Positions 47,417 through 56,762 of a stretch of 64,000 nucleotides of DNA are shown here, in pieces. The stretch lies in the IMG/VR virus record IMGVR_UViG_3300048837_000984, positions 64,001 through 128,000 of that record; one strand, 5' to 3'. The notes under the pieces were generated by a model, which worked only from the letters and a program-made list of their open reading frames with translations, was not told where the DNA came from and searched no databases. Made by a program: the position numbers and the translations under genes. This DNA is from a virus. Within the stretch, counting starts at the first letter, position 1, and every line of letters starts with the position of its first letter.

Positions 47417-50400
47417 TACCGCACCTTCCTTGGCTTGCGGAGGTCCTTGAGCAGGTCAACAACCTTCTCGACAGGCAGCTCTTCCTCAACAGGTGGCTTC
47501 TTCTTTTTCTTCTTCGGCCCAGGAAGAACAATCGTCTGGTTGCCGGACATCGCAGCCATGGCTGCCAGGGCTGGTACAGACACAGCTGCCTGCTTAGTAA
47601 CCGCCGTCATCATGCGAGAGAGGACGTCGGAGGCAATGTCGCGAGAAGACGAACCTCGGCGCACCCCTGGCTGCGGCGCGGGTGGCGTAGGGGGTGGCGT
47701 AGTTGACTGAACCGGTGGGGTCGGACCAACCGGTGCAACTGGCGGCGTAGTTGACTGAACCGGCGGGGTCGGACCTCCAGCTGCAGGCGGAGTTGGCGTA
47801 CCGCTAACTGGCGCCGGTTTGTTCTCGTAAGGAGAAGCACCAAACCGCTGCCGCTTCAACGGGTCGTTGAAGATCGACTTGTACTTTGCTTCGATCCGCG
47901 CCTTGTCTGCCAGCATCTTGCTTTGTCGAGCCTGCCACTCGGCGCGAAGCTTCTGTTCTTGAGCTTTGCGGTACGACTCGTTCCTTTTCGCAATGAGTTC
48001 ACGCATTGGATCCAGGGACAAGCTCTTTTCAAGATAGTCCGGCAGCTTGGAAGCATTACGTACTTTGTCGGTAAATCCGGCCGACATGGCGCTGTACGGT
48101 GAGTACGTCTGGCGAAGCCGATCTACAATAACTGGATCCAACCTATGCGCGTTCTGGTCAATCCACTTTTTCATCTTCTGGTGCTCAGCTGAAAGACCGC
48201 TGTAGCCGGTGTAATCGACAGCAGAGCCGAGCGTATTGTAACCCAGTGCGCCCAAACCCTGGAGAGCTGAGTAAGCCAGACTCGTACCACCGGACGGATC
48301 AAAATTCTCTGCGGCGTTCGCCAGAGCTTGCTGCCGTTCCTTAAACGTAGAAAGTATGTCTTCGTTATCGGCCGACAATTGTCTCATCTTGTCGAGAAGA
48401 TCTTTGTAATCTAGCGAGTCATCTTCTTTATTTTTAAGCGCCTCCAGCTGCTTGTTGAGCTCGGCCTCACCCGAGGTCAGACCCGACGCAGCCAGCTGGT
48501 ACCGTTCGATGTCGTCGGGGCTGATCTCGTCGACCTTGTCGGTCGCGACAGAGGACGAATTAGAGCTGCCGGGGTAGCCCCAGACAGGCTTATAGGCGTC
48601 ACCACTGGTTGTCGCCTGCCCGAGATTGAGCCGCTGGTTAATAGCATCAAGCTGGGCCTTAGCCTGCGGGTCACCGTCCATGGCCCAACGCAGCTGCAGG
48701 TCGCGTAGACGCTGCTCGATCTGCTGAGCCTGGCTTTGCGCGGGGCTTCGGTTGCTATAGCCCATAGGATAACCCGAGGGCGCAGCTGAATGACCGAAGC
48801 CTGGATAGTCAGCCAATCCAGAAGACTGCTGACCAAAGCCAGGGTAACCAGCCGAAAAGGCCAGCTTGGCGATTCTAGAGACAGGGTCAAACCCGTTACG
48901 CTTCTGCATGATTGGCTTGTCAACCGCAGAATCTGGCGGCGTTTTCGGAAGCGGCTTTGCATTAACGACTGTGGGAGGCGCCTGCGGCTTCGAAGCTGCC
49001 GGAAACGGAGCAAAGTCCTCAACTTCTTGAGGCGTCATTTGGTGCTCTCGCTGCAAATTCTCGCGCATAGCCGGCAAACGACTTGGGAGGTAACGCGGTT
49101 CCGACTGCGTTCCGGCGGCACCTATCGCAGCGACGCCAGAATTTTCTCGTCCGAAAGGAGCCACACCGGGGACCCCTTGTAAGGCAGCCGGCTGTCTTGT
49201 ATCTGCCTGCCCTGTGAGTGGTTGCTGGAACCAGCTCTGAAACGGTCGAGCGACATTATTCGCAAAAGTAGATACTCGACCCGCAACCGCTCCACCGATG
49301 TTGCGTGCAGCTTGATCTCGAATCCCGACCGCCTGGTTAGCCAGCCCTGTGATTGCGTCTCGGCCGGCGTCGATCATAGTTGGTTGCTCGGTCGCAGCGC
49401 CAGAACCAGAAAAAGCCAAGCTCGACCCAACAACCGGGAAGGTAGATCCCGGCATCCCAAAGCCCTGTTCGACCATATGTCTGTTGCGGGCAATTTGCCA
49501 ATCTTTCCGCGATTTCAGCGGAGCAACGGGTGGACTGGGGACCAGAGCCTGACCGGTTGCGTTCCCGAAAAACTCCGGCGATTTTTGCGTCGGTGTAGTC
49601 GGATCGGTCGTCCGGGGTGTCTGTGCGGCCTGACCTGGCTGCGGTGCAGGTTGCTGTGGTTTGTCTGAGCTACTCGGGCCTGGAGCAGGCGTAGCCAACA
49701 CGGCTGATGCGCCACCGCTCCACGGAGCGGACGCGTCGAAGGCCGATCCAGTCCCAGTCATGCCCTGACTTTGTAGAAACTGCTGTGGGTTCGTCGTCAT
49801 CAGTTGGTGCGACTTACTCAACTCAGCCAGTCTCTGTCGGATCTGTTGACTTTTGGCGAACCGGTCGCCAAAGTCAGCAGAAGTGTCGTTCTGCAGCTTC
49901 TTCAACTGTTCGACCAGCTGAGCCTCCTCAAGTCCGTTGTTGAACACAGCCGCATAGGCTGGACCCTGGCTCTGGAAGTACTTCTTAGCTCCCTCTTCGA
50001 ACTGCTTCTTCTGTGCTCTAACTTGCTCAATTTGGTTCTCTCGCGGAAGGAGCCAGGATTCATCTGCCTGGCCTTCACTGATGGCCTTCTCTCGCTCCGA
50101 AAACTTCCTGAGTGCGGTTAGGTAGTCGCCATAAGCCTTCTGTGCTCCGGCTACGGATTCGCTTGCACCAGGTTGGTTGGTATTAGCGGCACCCGCCGTT
50201 TGGCCAGCGGCCGCACGCCGCTTCTCGAGAATGTCGTTAAAGGCCTGCAGTCGAGTTCTCTGGGTCTCGTAACGCTTCTGCAGGGCGTCTAGCTGCCTAT
50301 TGACCTGGTCTTTGGTGTACCCGCGCTGAAGGCCGTGCTGGATCAACTGATGCTGGTGATACGTGTGCTGAGCATCCAGGGTTTCCGGATCCATAGCACC

Positions 50401-50640
50401 ATGACCGAGGACCGGCACGCCGTACTCGGTACGCGGCACCTGCGGTTGCTGCGGCTGCTGCTGGCCGTAAAAGTTTCCCTGAGGCTGGCCGAAACCCTGA
50501 ATACGGCGGAGGCCAAAAGGGACACGGGTGTACACAGGGTAGATCGCCTGCTTGGTCAGAACCGCGCTAGCGATCTTCTCGGCAGCCGTTGGGAGACGTT
50601 CGACAGTCTCAGACAGCAGTTGTTCGACCGTCCTGGTCAT
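47416..50640 (-). CDS. large low-complexity putative virion protein (about 1074 aa)
   Basis: Q/P/A/G-rich, coiled coils, EKIA/TKQA/AKLA motifs, PTPPVQSTTPP repeat. Confidence 0.6.
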   Translation of the reverse strand: MTRTVEQLLSETVERLPTAAEKIASAVLTKQAIYPVYTRVPFGLRRIQGFGQPQGNFYGQQQPQQPQVPRTEYGVPVLGHGAMDPETLDAQHTYHQHQLIQHGLQRGYTKDQVNRQLDALQKRYETQRTRLQAFNDILEKRRAAAGQTAGAANTNQPGASESVAGAQKAYGDYLTALRKFSEREKAISEGQADESWLLPRENQIEQVRAQKKQFEEGAKKYFQSQGPAYAAVFNNGLEEAQLVEQLKKLQNDTSADFGDRFAKSQQIRQRLAELSKSHQLMTTNPQQFLQSQGMTGTGSAFDASAPWSGGASAVLATPAPGPSSSDKPQQPAPQPGQAAQTPRTTDPTTPTQKSPEFFGNATGQALVPSPPVAPLKSRKDWQIARNRHMVEQGFGMPGSTFPVVGSSLAFSGSGAATEQPTMIDAGRDAITGLANQAVGIRDQAARNIGGAVAGRVSTFANNVARPFQSWFQQPLTGQADTRQPAALQGVPGVAPFGRENSGVAAIGAAGTQSEPRYLPSRLPAMRENLQREHQMTPQEVEDFAPFPAASKPQAPPTVVNAKPLPKTPPDSAVDKPIMQKRNGFDPVSRIAKLAFSAGYPGFGQQSSGLADYPGFGHSAAPSGYPMGYSNRSPAQSQAQQIEQRLRDLQLRWAMDGDPQAKAQLDAINQRLNLGQATTSGDAYKPVWGYPGSSNSSSVATDKVDEISPDDIERYQLAASGLTSGEAELNKQLEALKNKEDDSLDYKDLLDKMRQLSADNEDILSTFKERQQALANAAENFDPSGGTSLAYSALQGLGALGYNTLGSAVDYTGYSGLSAEHQKMKKWIDQNAHRLDPVIVDRLRQTYSPYSAMSAGFTDKVRNASKLPDYLEKSLSLDPMRELIAKRNESYRKAQEQKLRAEWQARQSKMLADKARIEAKYKSIFNDPLKRQRFGASPYENKPAPVSGTPTPPAAGGPTPPVQSTTPPVAPVGPTPPVQSTTPPPTPPAPQPGVRRGSSSRDIASDVLSRMMTAVTKQAAVSVPALAAMAAMSGNQTIVLPGPKKKKKKPPVEEELPVEKVVDLLKDLRKPRKVR

Positions 50641-52169
50641 TAGACAACCTCCGTGACTCTGCAGGCACAAGCCGCTTTCTTGAGAACTCCCATAATACCA
50701 CCGAAATTATCCGTTAGCGAGTGGCTGGACTGCTTCTGGGCCATATCTACTGAAGGCAACGGCACCTGAAGTCGTTTGATGCGGTCGACCAAACCACCCG
50801 GCAAAACTGGAATACCCGGCGCTGAGGTAAACTCAGACTTGAACAGCTCTGTCGGGGACATGCGCTGAGTTTTGGAGATAGCCGCAGCAGTCGATTCTGG
50901 TGCCAACCTGGCTATGCGTTCTACGTTTGAAGCGTCGTCTAGCGTTTTTACAGTACCCACCGGCGGACCAAACAGACTTGTTCGGAGGTTCCTCCAGGTC
51001 ATACCTTTGAGATATGGGACTTCACGGGGATTCGGCAACAACTTTTTGAACGGTCCGGCCTCTTCTCGGACCGTTTCGTAGATGTTAGCGGCCCGTACTT
51101 CGTCCGGCAAAGAATCGTACAAAGTCTTCGCCAGATTTGATTTGCCTTCGATTCCTTCTGCGACATCTCGCCCGTAAGCCAGGGGGTTTCTCCCGAATGT
51201 GTTAACCAGGTCGCTACGAAGCTCGTTCTCGTCCACGGGTTTAGCCGCCCCGTGCATTGCTGCCGTCAGCAATGCTCCGGGAATAGTCATAGACCGACTA
51301 GCATCCAATACCTTACCGAGATAGGGTGCGTACTCGTGGGGAACGCCCGGGATAGCCGGGCCGTATGTCGTTACGTTATGCAACTGCTGCCGGGCAAAGG
51401 GTACAGCGTTGTTGATAGCAAACTCTCGAGTTCTCGCCGCCAATGGGCTGTCTTCGGTTGCGACCTGACTAACGATTTTCGGAAAGTTTTTTCGCAGCTT
51501 CTCTTCCATGTCTACCGCGGCTGTATGATCGCCTACGTTCCGCAAGTGCTCATAGGCAATCGTATCCGACAGCTGATCGCGAAGGATCTTTGGTGCAGTC
51601 AATGCGCCCGCTAACAGTGACGCGCCAGCTAGGCCGGTACCGACTCGACCCAGAACCTTTGTCGTCACTGGCGCCGATTGGCGTGTAAATGGTGAGAACC
51701 AAGGGGTTGTGGTTCGGTTCCACATTCGGCGCAGGAAGCCAGGGGTTTGTCCGCTGTGCGTACCACCGAGATCCTTCCACCACCACTTCAGACCTGGGTA
51801 GATACGACTGAACGGCCGAACCAGGTTACTCAAGAAAGCTGGAGATGCAATCTTCTCCTGACCTCCCGACGAAGCTGCTCCAGTTGTTAGTCCGGGAGGT
51901 TTGCCTGTTCCCTCAACAGATCCAGGTACGCTAGCTCGGGCAGCCCGATTGATTTTGGCTGACGGCAACGGTTTCGGCTGCAAAGCCTTTGGTGGGCCGG
52001 GCGCCGTAGATGGAAGCATGGCTTGCTTCGGTAGTTGCGGGAAAATGTTCAGGCGACCGGACGGAACCAGCGTCCGAATGAGGGGCGCGCGGCGTACAGT
52101 CAAACCAGGCGCTTTGGCCTGGTTAACTGGTGAACCAACCCCATTCGTCTCGACAGCGTCTTTGCGCAT
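50640..52169 (-). CDS. putative virion protein
   Basis: PKQA, EKIA motifs; hydrophobic segment GLAGASLLAGAL. Confidence 0.55.
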   Translation of the reverse strand: MRKDAVETNGVGSPVNQAKAPGLTVRRAPLIRTLVPSGRLNIFPQLPKQAMLPSTAPGPPKALQPKPLPSAKINRAARASVPGSVEGTGKPPGLTTGAASSGGQEKIASPAFLSNLVRPFSRIYPGLKWWWKDLGGTHSGQTPGFLRRMWNRTTTPWFSPFTRQSAPVTTKVLGRVGTGLAGASLLAGALTAPKILRDQLSDTIAYEHLRNVGDHTAAVDMEEKLRKNFPKIVSQVATEDSPLAARTREFAINNAVPFARQQLHNVTTYGPAIPGVPHEYAPYLGKVLDASRSMTIPGALLTAAMHGAAKPVDENELRSDLVNTFGRNPLAYGRDVAEGIEGKSNLAKTLYDSLPDEVRAANIYETVREEAGPFKKLLPNPREVPYLKGMTWRNLRTSLFGPPVGTVKTLDDASNVERIARLAPESTAAAISKTQRMSPTELFKSEFTSAPGIPVLPGGLVDRIKRLQVPLPSVDMAQKQSSHSLTDNFGGIMGVLKKAACACRVTEVV

Positions 52170-52233
52170 GACGGCATCCTTGCCTCAAGAGGTTAACTGT
52201 ATGATCCACAAAACGAGTTGCAACCGCAACTGA

Positions 52234-52263
52234 TAGCTAAAAGAAACCGGGCTAGCCGGTTTC
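52234..52263 (-). terminator. terminator
   Basis: GAAACCGG stem plus TTTTAGCTA. Confidence 0.6.
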
Positions 52264-52272
52264 CGTGTGTCT

Positions 52273-53247
52273 TTAGTTGTCTTGCTTCCAGTCCGTATAC
52301 TGCGCCTCTGCTACCGTATCTCCGGCAGCAATAGCTTTCTTGAAAGCCACAGCCATCGGTCGCTGGTCTAGATCGACCAACAAGCCAGAATCTTTTACCG
52401 TCGCGACGAAAGCCGCAGTTCCGGCTGGGTTAATTCGACCGAAGCCGACATTGCCATACAGATCGGCTAGCAACACAGACATCTGTACGTCGCCGAAGAG
52501 TGAGATGCGTGTGCAGCAGCCATCCAGGCTGAAGCTCCAGACGCTGGCGCCTACCTGTGTCAAGGAAACGCAACGAGTGTCCCGTTTTAGCAGCTGCCTA
52601 ACCTGAGGCGCGTCGTCTCCTATATCGACTCGATATACCTCGCCCGAAGAAGTACCGACGAAGAGTGTGGAGCTGTCAACGAAGACAGCCGTTCGCGGAG
52701 CCGATACAGATTGGATCAAGTTTCGGTTTCCACTTTTCAGGTCAATCAACTCAAGACGATCGGATAGCCAGCAAATCGCCGCCCACCTGGCGTCTGGTGC
52801 CACCTCAACATGGACAGGTCCCATTCCGTAAGAAGGGGAGATACGATGCACTAACTTCGATCCACCCTGCGGTTCGAGAACAAGGACGCTCCCGTTCTGT
52901 AGGCAGGCCAGAAACCGGTTGTCGGGAATTCGCGCAACCGCACACACAGGTGACGTCTTGTCCCAAAATATGCGCTGGCTGTTAGCTTGCCGAGAAATTT
53001 CCACACGAACAAATTGGCGGTCCCAGTTTACGAAACTAACTTCACTGTTGTCGGATGAGAACAGTATCGGGGAACACCAGAGTGGATCTAACCCTAGCGA
53101 CGATTCACCTACCTTCACCAGACTCCTGGCATCAAAGACCGCCACTCCGAGTCTGGTAGCGACGGCCAGAAAGTTGCCGTCGGGGCTGAAGGAGGCGTTA
53201 AAACAGTTGAACGGCAGCTCAGTCACGCGTACGGTTTCATCTGGCAT
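52273..53247 (-). CDS. WD40-like beta-propeller protein
   Basis: ASFSPDGNFLAV, ILFSSDNSEV, VAPDARWAAI, AVFVDSSTLFVGTSSG. Confidence 0.75.
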   Translation of the reverse strand: MPDETVRVTELPFNCFNASFSPDGNFLAVATRLGVAVFDARSLVKVGESSLGLDPLWCSPILFSSDNSEVSFVNWDRQFVRVEISRQANSQRIFWDKTSPVCAVARIPDNRFLACLQNGSVLVLEPQGGSKLVHRISPSYGMGPVHVEVAPDARWAAICWLSDRLELIDLKSGNRNLIQSVSAPRTAVFVDSSTLFVGTSSGEVYRVDIGDDAPQVRQLLKRDTRCVSLTQVGASVWSFSLDGCCTRISLFGDVQMSVLLADLYGNVGFGRINPAGTAAFVATVKDSGLLVDLDQRPMAVAFKKAIAAGDTVAEAQYTDWKQDN

Positions 53248-53671
53248 AGTAGTCCTCCGGCAACTGTTCTTTCGGTCGGTAGTCCGGCTCGATCGGTGGA
53301 TTGCTCATCTCGACCACGAAAGCCAGTACTTTGGCTGGATCGTGCTCATCGAAGATCTTGTGAGCCAGCTTGGTTATCTGTTTCACGTTGAGTTGGCGCC
53401 AGATCCTTGCTGAGTCTTCTGGCGCTACGCCGGCCTTGAAACAGGTCACGTCAAAGGCATACGCCACGACGTGACAGAACTTTTCTCGCTCGCCATAAGC
53501 GATGTGTGCGTCTTCTAGCAGATCTTCGCGCCGGTCGTACAGACTGTAGACGTGCCCAGTCTCCGTCACGGCTGGGTAGATACAGTGTACGTACCACAGA
53601 TCCAGGCTTTCTCGGGTGACCTTGACATAAAATTTATGTGCCAAGATCTTGGCCAGGGATCGCTTTCTCAT
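53237..53671 (-). CDS. hypothetical protein
   Basis: 144 aa, ATGA coupling. Confidence 0.65.
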   Translation of the reverse strand: MRKRSLAKILAHKFYVKVTRESLDLWYVHCIYPAVTETGHVYSLYDRREDLLEDAHIAYGEREKFCHVVAYAFDVTCFKAGVAPEDSARIWRQLNVKQITKLAHKIFDEHDPAKVLAFVVEMSNPPIEPDYRPKEQLPEDYYAR

Positions 53672-53955
53672 AGCATGGCTCCGTTCTTATCAGCCGCTAT
53701 CGAGACCAGGAGCATCTGGCTCCCCTCCTCTTCCAACCACGCCAACTCCGAAAGCTCGACTTCCAGAGTCTCTCCGGGCGAACCACTCAACGTACGCAGA
53801 GCTAGCCCAAAACGCCGGTCGTCTGCAGTAAAGACTGCGCTGTCTGAAATGAACCACGCCCCGATACCTTCCGGTACGGCTGGCGTCCAGTTCTCCGCGA
53901 GGACCCAGTAGTAGCCAGTCCTCCGATTAACACCGACAACCGTTACAGTTGGCAA
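53668..53955 (-). CDS. hypothetical protein
   Basis: 95 aa. Confidence 0.55.
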   Translation of the reverse strand: MPTVTVVGVNRRTGYYWVLAENWTPAVPEGIGAWFISDSAVFTADDRRFGLALRTLSGSPGETLEVELSELAWLEEEGSQMLLVSIAADKNGAML

Positions 53956-53969
53956 GTTGGGCCTCCGGT

Positions 53970-54013
53970 TAGCTAAAAAAGAAAGAGGAGCAAGCCCGAA
54001 GGCCTGCTCCTCT
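53970..54013 (-). terminator. terminator
   Basis: AGAGGAGCAGGCC-ttcg-GGCTTGCTCCTCT plus TTCTTTTTTAGCTA. Confidence 0.75.
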
Positions 54014-54037
54014 GGTTACTTCACGAAACCGACGGTC

Positions 54038-54439
54038 TTACGAGACCGGCGGCAGGTCCGTGCGAGCTTCGCGCTCTGCGTGCGTCCGGCGCCGCAGACG
54101 CACCAGCGCCCCCGGGTGGAGGTGCTGGGTCGTCTGGATGTTCAAAAATGGAATCTCGAGAGTGTCGGTATCAATCGGCGTGATGTCGGTATCCGACGTG
54201 ATCACGCCGTGGAGGAACTGGATCAGATCGCCGATCTGACCCACAGCGGCAGCCGACTCAAGGATGCAGCTCATGGGGAGACGCTCCTTGACCCGACCGA
54301 TGTACCAGCGCTGAGCGCACTCGAAGAGGAGTTCGTTACCAGCCTCGATATTCTTGTAACTCATCCCGCATTCCTCCGCAAACTGATCGAACATCATCTG
54401 CACGTCGATGAAGTCGAAACACGGAATCATTTCTGCCAT
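54038..54439 (-). CDS. hypothetical protein
   Basis: 133 aa. Confidence 0.65.
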   Translation of the reverse strand: MAEMIPCFDFIDVQMMFDQFAEECGMSYKNIEAGNELLFECAQRWYIGRVKERLPMSCILESAAAVGQIGDLIQFLHGVITSDTDITPIDTDTLEIPFLNIQTTQHLHPGALVRLRRRTHAEREARTDLPPVS

Positions 54440-54440
54440 C

Positions 54441-54731
54441 TCACCGCTCCTCTAGCCACAAGCCAGCGAGCTGTTCTTCTGTGGGCCAACCGGCTGTCTT
54501 CGACAGCGCTCGAATCGTTGGCCCCAAGCCGCTTAACAACTCGGTACTTTCTCTCGCAAACAGCCTTCTGAGAATCGCATACAGCTCCAGCTTCGCTGCG
54601 GCGACCTCAGCGCCCAGATAGTCTGCATTTTTTATCCGGCCACGGTAACCCTCCAACAATTCCTCGACCGACAAATCCACGATGATCTTCTGGATGACCT
54701 TGTTGCGGTCACCCCAATCCGGGTCGATCAT
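54441..54731 (-). CDS. hypothetical protein
   Basis: 96 aa. Confidence 0.6.
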   Translation of the reverse strand: MIDPDWGDRNKVIQKIIVDLSVEELLEGYRGRIKNADYLGAEVAAAKLELYAILRRLFARESTELLSGLGPTIRALSKTAGWPTEEQLAGLWLEER

Positions 54732-54808
54732 GTCGAATCCCCAATGGGTAAGTCGACGGCAGACTGGTAAGGTCTACCAAACTATATTGACGCAGAAAAC
54801 AGGCTATT

Positions 54809-55102
54809 TTAGGACAGGGATCGGGCCAGCTCTTCTTCCGCAATGATCTCGGATAGACGAACCAGCTGGACCGTAGCGAAGGGAAGCAAGGACAGGTCAG
54901 GTCTTGATGCAGCCAGAATCATGGCAGCTGTGGTAGGGTCCGCTGCAACAAAGAAATCTTGCACGGGAACACCGCTAAGGCTGGCCTCGTAGTTCTCTCC
55001 GACGAACTCTACTTTCGACGGTGTAGAGCTCTGCGAATTGATCAAGCCCCTAGACGACAATGGCTCGACAGCAATCGGTTCAACCACAATCTCGTAAGCC
55101 AT
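54809..55102 (-). CDS. hypothetical protein
   Basis: 97 aa, GAGG RBS. Confidence 0.6.
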   Translation of the reverse strand: MAYEIVVEPIAVEPLSSRGLINSQSSTPSKVEFVGENYEASLSGVPVQDFFVAADPTTAAMILAASRPDLSLLPFATVQLVRLSEIIAEEELARSLS

Positions 55103-55104
55103 GG

Positions 55105-55725
55105 CTACCTCGACTTGGTTGCCTTGAGAACAGCTTCAACCCTTTTCCTGAGGGCATCAACTCTGGCTGCAACAGCTGGCGAGCGCCTCAACTCAGCCAT
55201 GGAGAGAAGGATCTCCTTCATCTCACTCAACAGCGACCGTACCTCGAATCGGTTGCTCGCCTTTATCTCCATGCCCTCAACCATTTCCAGGTCACTGCCA
55301 ATGTCAGCCAGCTTCACCGCCTTGGCAATAAGAGTAGCGTTTCCAACCCGGTTGGCCAGCAGAAATGACCGCTTAGAGTACGGTTCGCGGATGTCCGGTG
55401 TCAGCGCAGCCACCGTATTCGCCACCGCATCGTCCGCTGCGGCTACCACATCTTCGTATCTGCGACCTGACACGATGCTCTCATGTAGAAGGCCCGCGGC
55501 TTCGCAGACCTTGGTCCAGTAACGCTTAGCTGATAAGGACATCTCGTCCGCAGCTCGGTCAAACAGTGCGCAGGCATCCTTGCTAACGACCTGCAGGTGA
55601 CCAAATACAGAAGTCTGGTCCAGCCGGCGGTGAACAGAGAACCACTTAGCTGCCGTGTCTTCGACAGCCGGCAAAAGAAGGTCCGAACTCAGCCGGTCGA
55701 ATTCCAGGTCCTGATCCAGTTCCAC
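55105..55725 (-). CDS. degenerate HD-domain protein, (p)ppGpp-hydrolase/Mesh1-like fold
   Basis: LLHESIV...VANTVAALT.D...AKAVKLADIGSDL; HD appears as HE. Confidence 0.5.
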   Translation of the reverse strand: MELDQDLEFDRLSSDLLLPAVEDTAAKWFSVHRRLDQTSVFGHLQVVSKDACALFDRAADEMSLSAKRYWTKVCEAAGLLHESIVSGRRYEDVVAAADDAVANTVAALTPDIREPYSKRSFLLANRVGNATLIAKAVKLADIGSDLEMVEGMEIKASNRFEVRSLLSEMKEILLSMAELRRSPAVAARVDALRKRVEAVLKATKSR

Positions 55726-56751
55726 TTAGGCCTCCTGGAAAAATGTTGACCAGGTGCTGTTGAACACGGATCTCCGTTCAACAAGCTTCCGGTGTGTATC
55801 AAGGCGCATTCTAGCCAAATCGCCGGGACTGTTCAGTAGCAACCGGACCGATTTGTCGAAAGCTTTCCAGTCTGGAACTACTGCTGGCACACCACACCGG
55901 TTATTAACCAGATCGCAAGGCACCAGTAAACCATTACGGCCGTGTGTGACGATCTCTCTCGTTACTGGATGGTCAAATGTCACACAAGGCGTGCTCATTG
56001 AGAGAGCGCAGTGTCCGACGAGGCCAACGCTTTCTGCTGTGGTAGGCCAAACAACAAAGTCATGGCGACCGTAAGTCATTCTGTTCTTGGACATTACGTT
56101 CGAGTAGAGGATAGCTATCCGGTGCTCGTACTTACCCATGATGCGATTCAAACGACGAAGAAAGGTAGCAGTTAGACCGCCCGTATGAAGGACGGTGAGG
56201 TAAAGGTCCTTGAAGTCCTTGAGTAGAGGAGACAACAAAGAAATAAAGTCCATGTCCTGATTCGCAGCCTGGCTACCCTCTATGGGCCACAAGATCGCCT
56301 TATTCTTGGATGGTGCGTAGTCAGGTCTGGTCAGGTGAACTGCCGCGTCGAACGGCACATAAACAACTTTACCTGGATGCTTCTTGTGCAGAAGGTCTGC
56401 GGAGCACTTGGTAGGACAGACGATAACGTCGAACCACTTGAGTCGGCCTTCCGTCTCCTCGGTCAACGTGTCCCACAGAAAGAACAGGACCGTCTTGACG
56501 TTGGCCTGTTTGGCTTCTCGCATAACCTCTTCAGTGGTCGGTTCTGAAAAGACAACGGTGTCCATCTGGCGAAGCCACTTGAAAATGTTCGACACCTGAC
56601 TCAGGCTCGCATCAAAGTCAGTCGACTCGCTGACCGGACCCTCGACAAATATGGAAGTGTCGAGACCGCAGTCCTGCGCCACCTTTACCACAGGCAGTAA
56701 CGCATAGGTTGCGTCGCACTTGCGATAAGGCATCACAAACCCTGCGGCCAT
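55726..56751 (-). CDS. GT-B glycosyltransferase
   Basis: VIVCPT, HDFVVWPTTAESVGLVGHCALSMSTPCVTFD...EIVTHGRNGLLV. Confidence 0.8.
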   Translation of the reverse strand: MAAGFVMPYRKCDATYALLPVVKVAQDCGLDTSIFVEGPVSESTDFDASLSQVSNIFKWLRQMDTVVFSEPTTEEVMREAKQANVKTVLFFLWDTLTEETEGRLKWFDVIVCPTKCSADLLHKKHPGKVVYVPFDAAVHLTRPDYAPSKNKAILWPIEGSQAANQDMDFISLLSPLLKDFKDLYLTVLHTGGLTATFLRRLNRIMGKYEHRIAILYSNVMSKNRMTYGRHDFVVWPTTAESVGLVGHCALSMSTPCVTFDHPVTREIVTHGRNGLLVPCDLVNNRCGVPAVVPDWKAFDKSVRLLLNSPGDLARMRLDTHRKLVERRSVFNSTWSTFFQEA

Positions 56752-56762
56752 CGAAACCTCCG

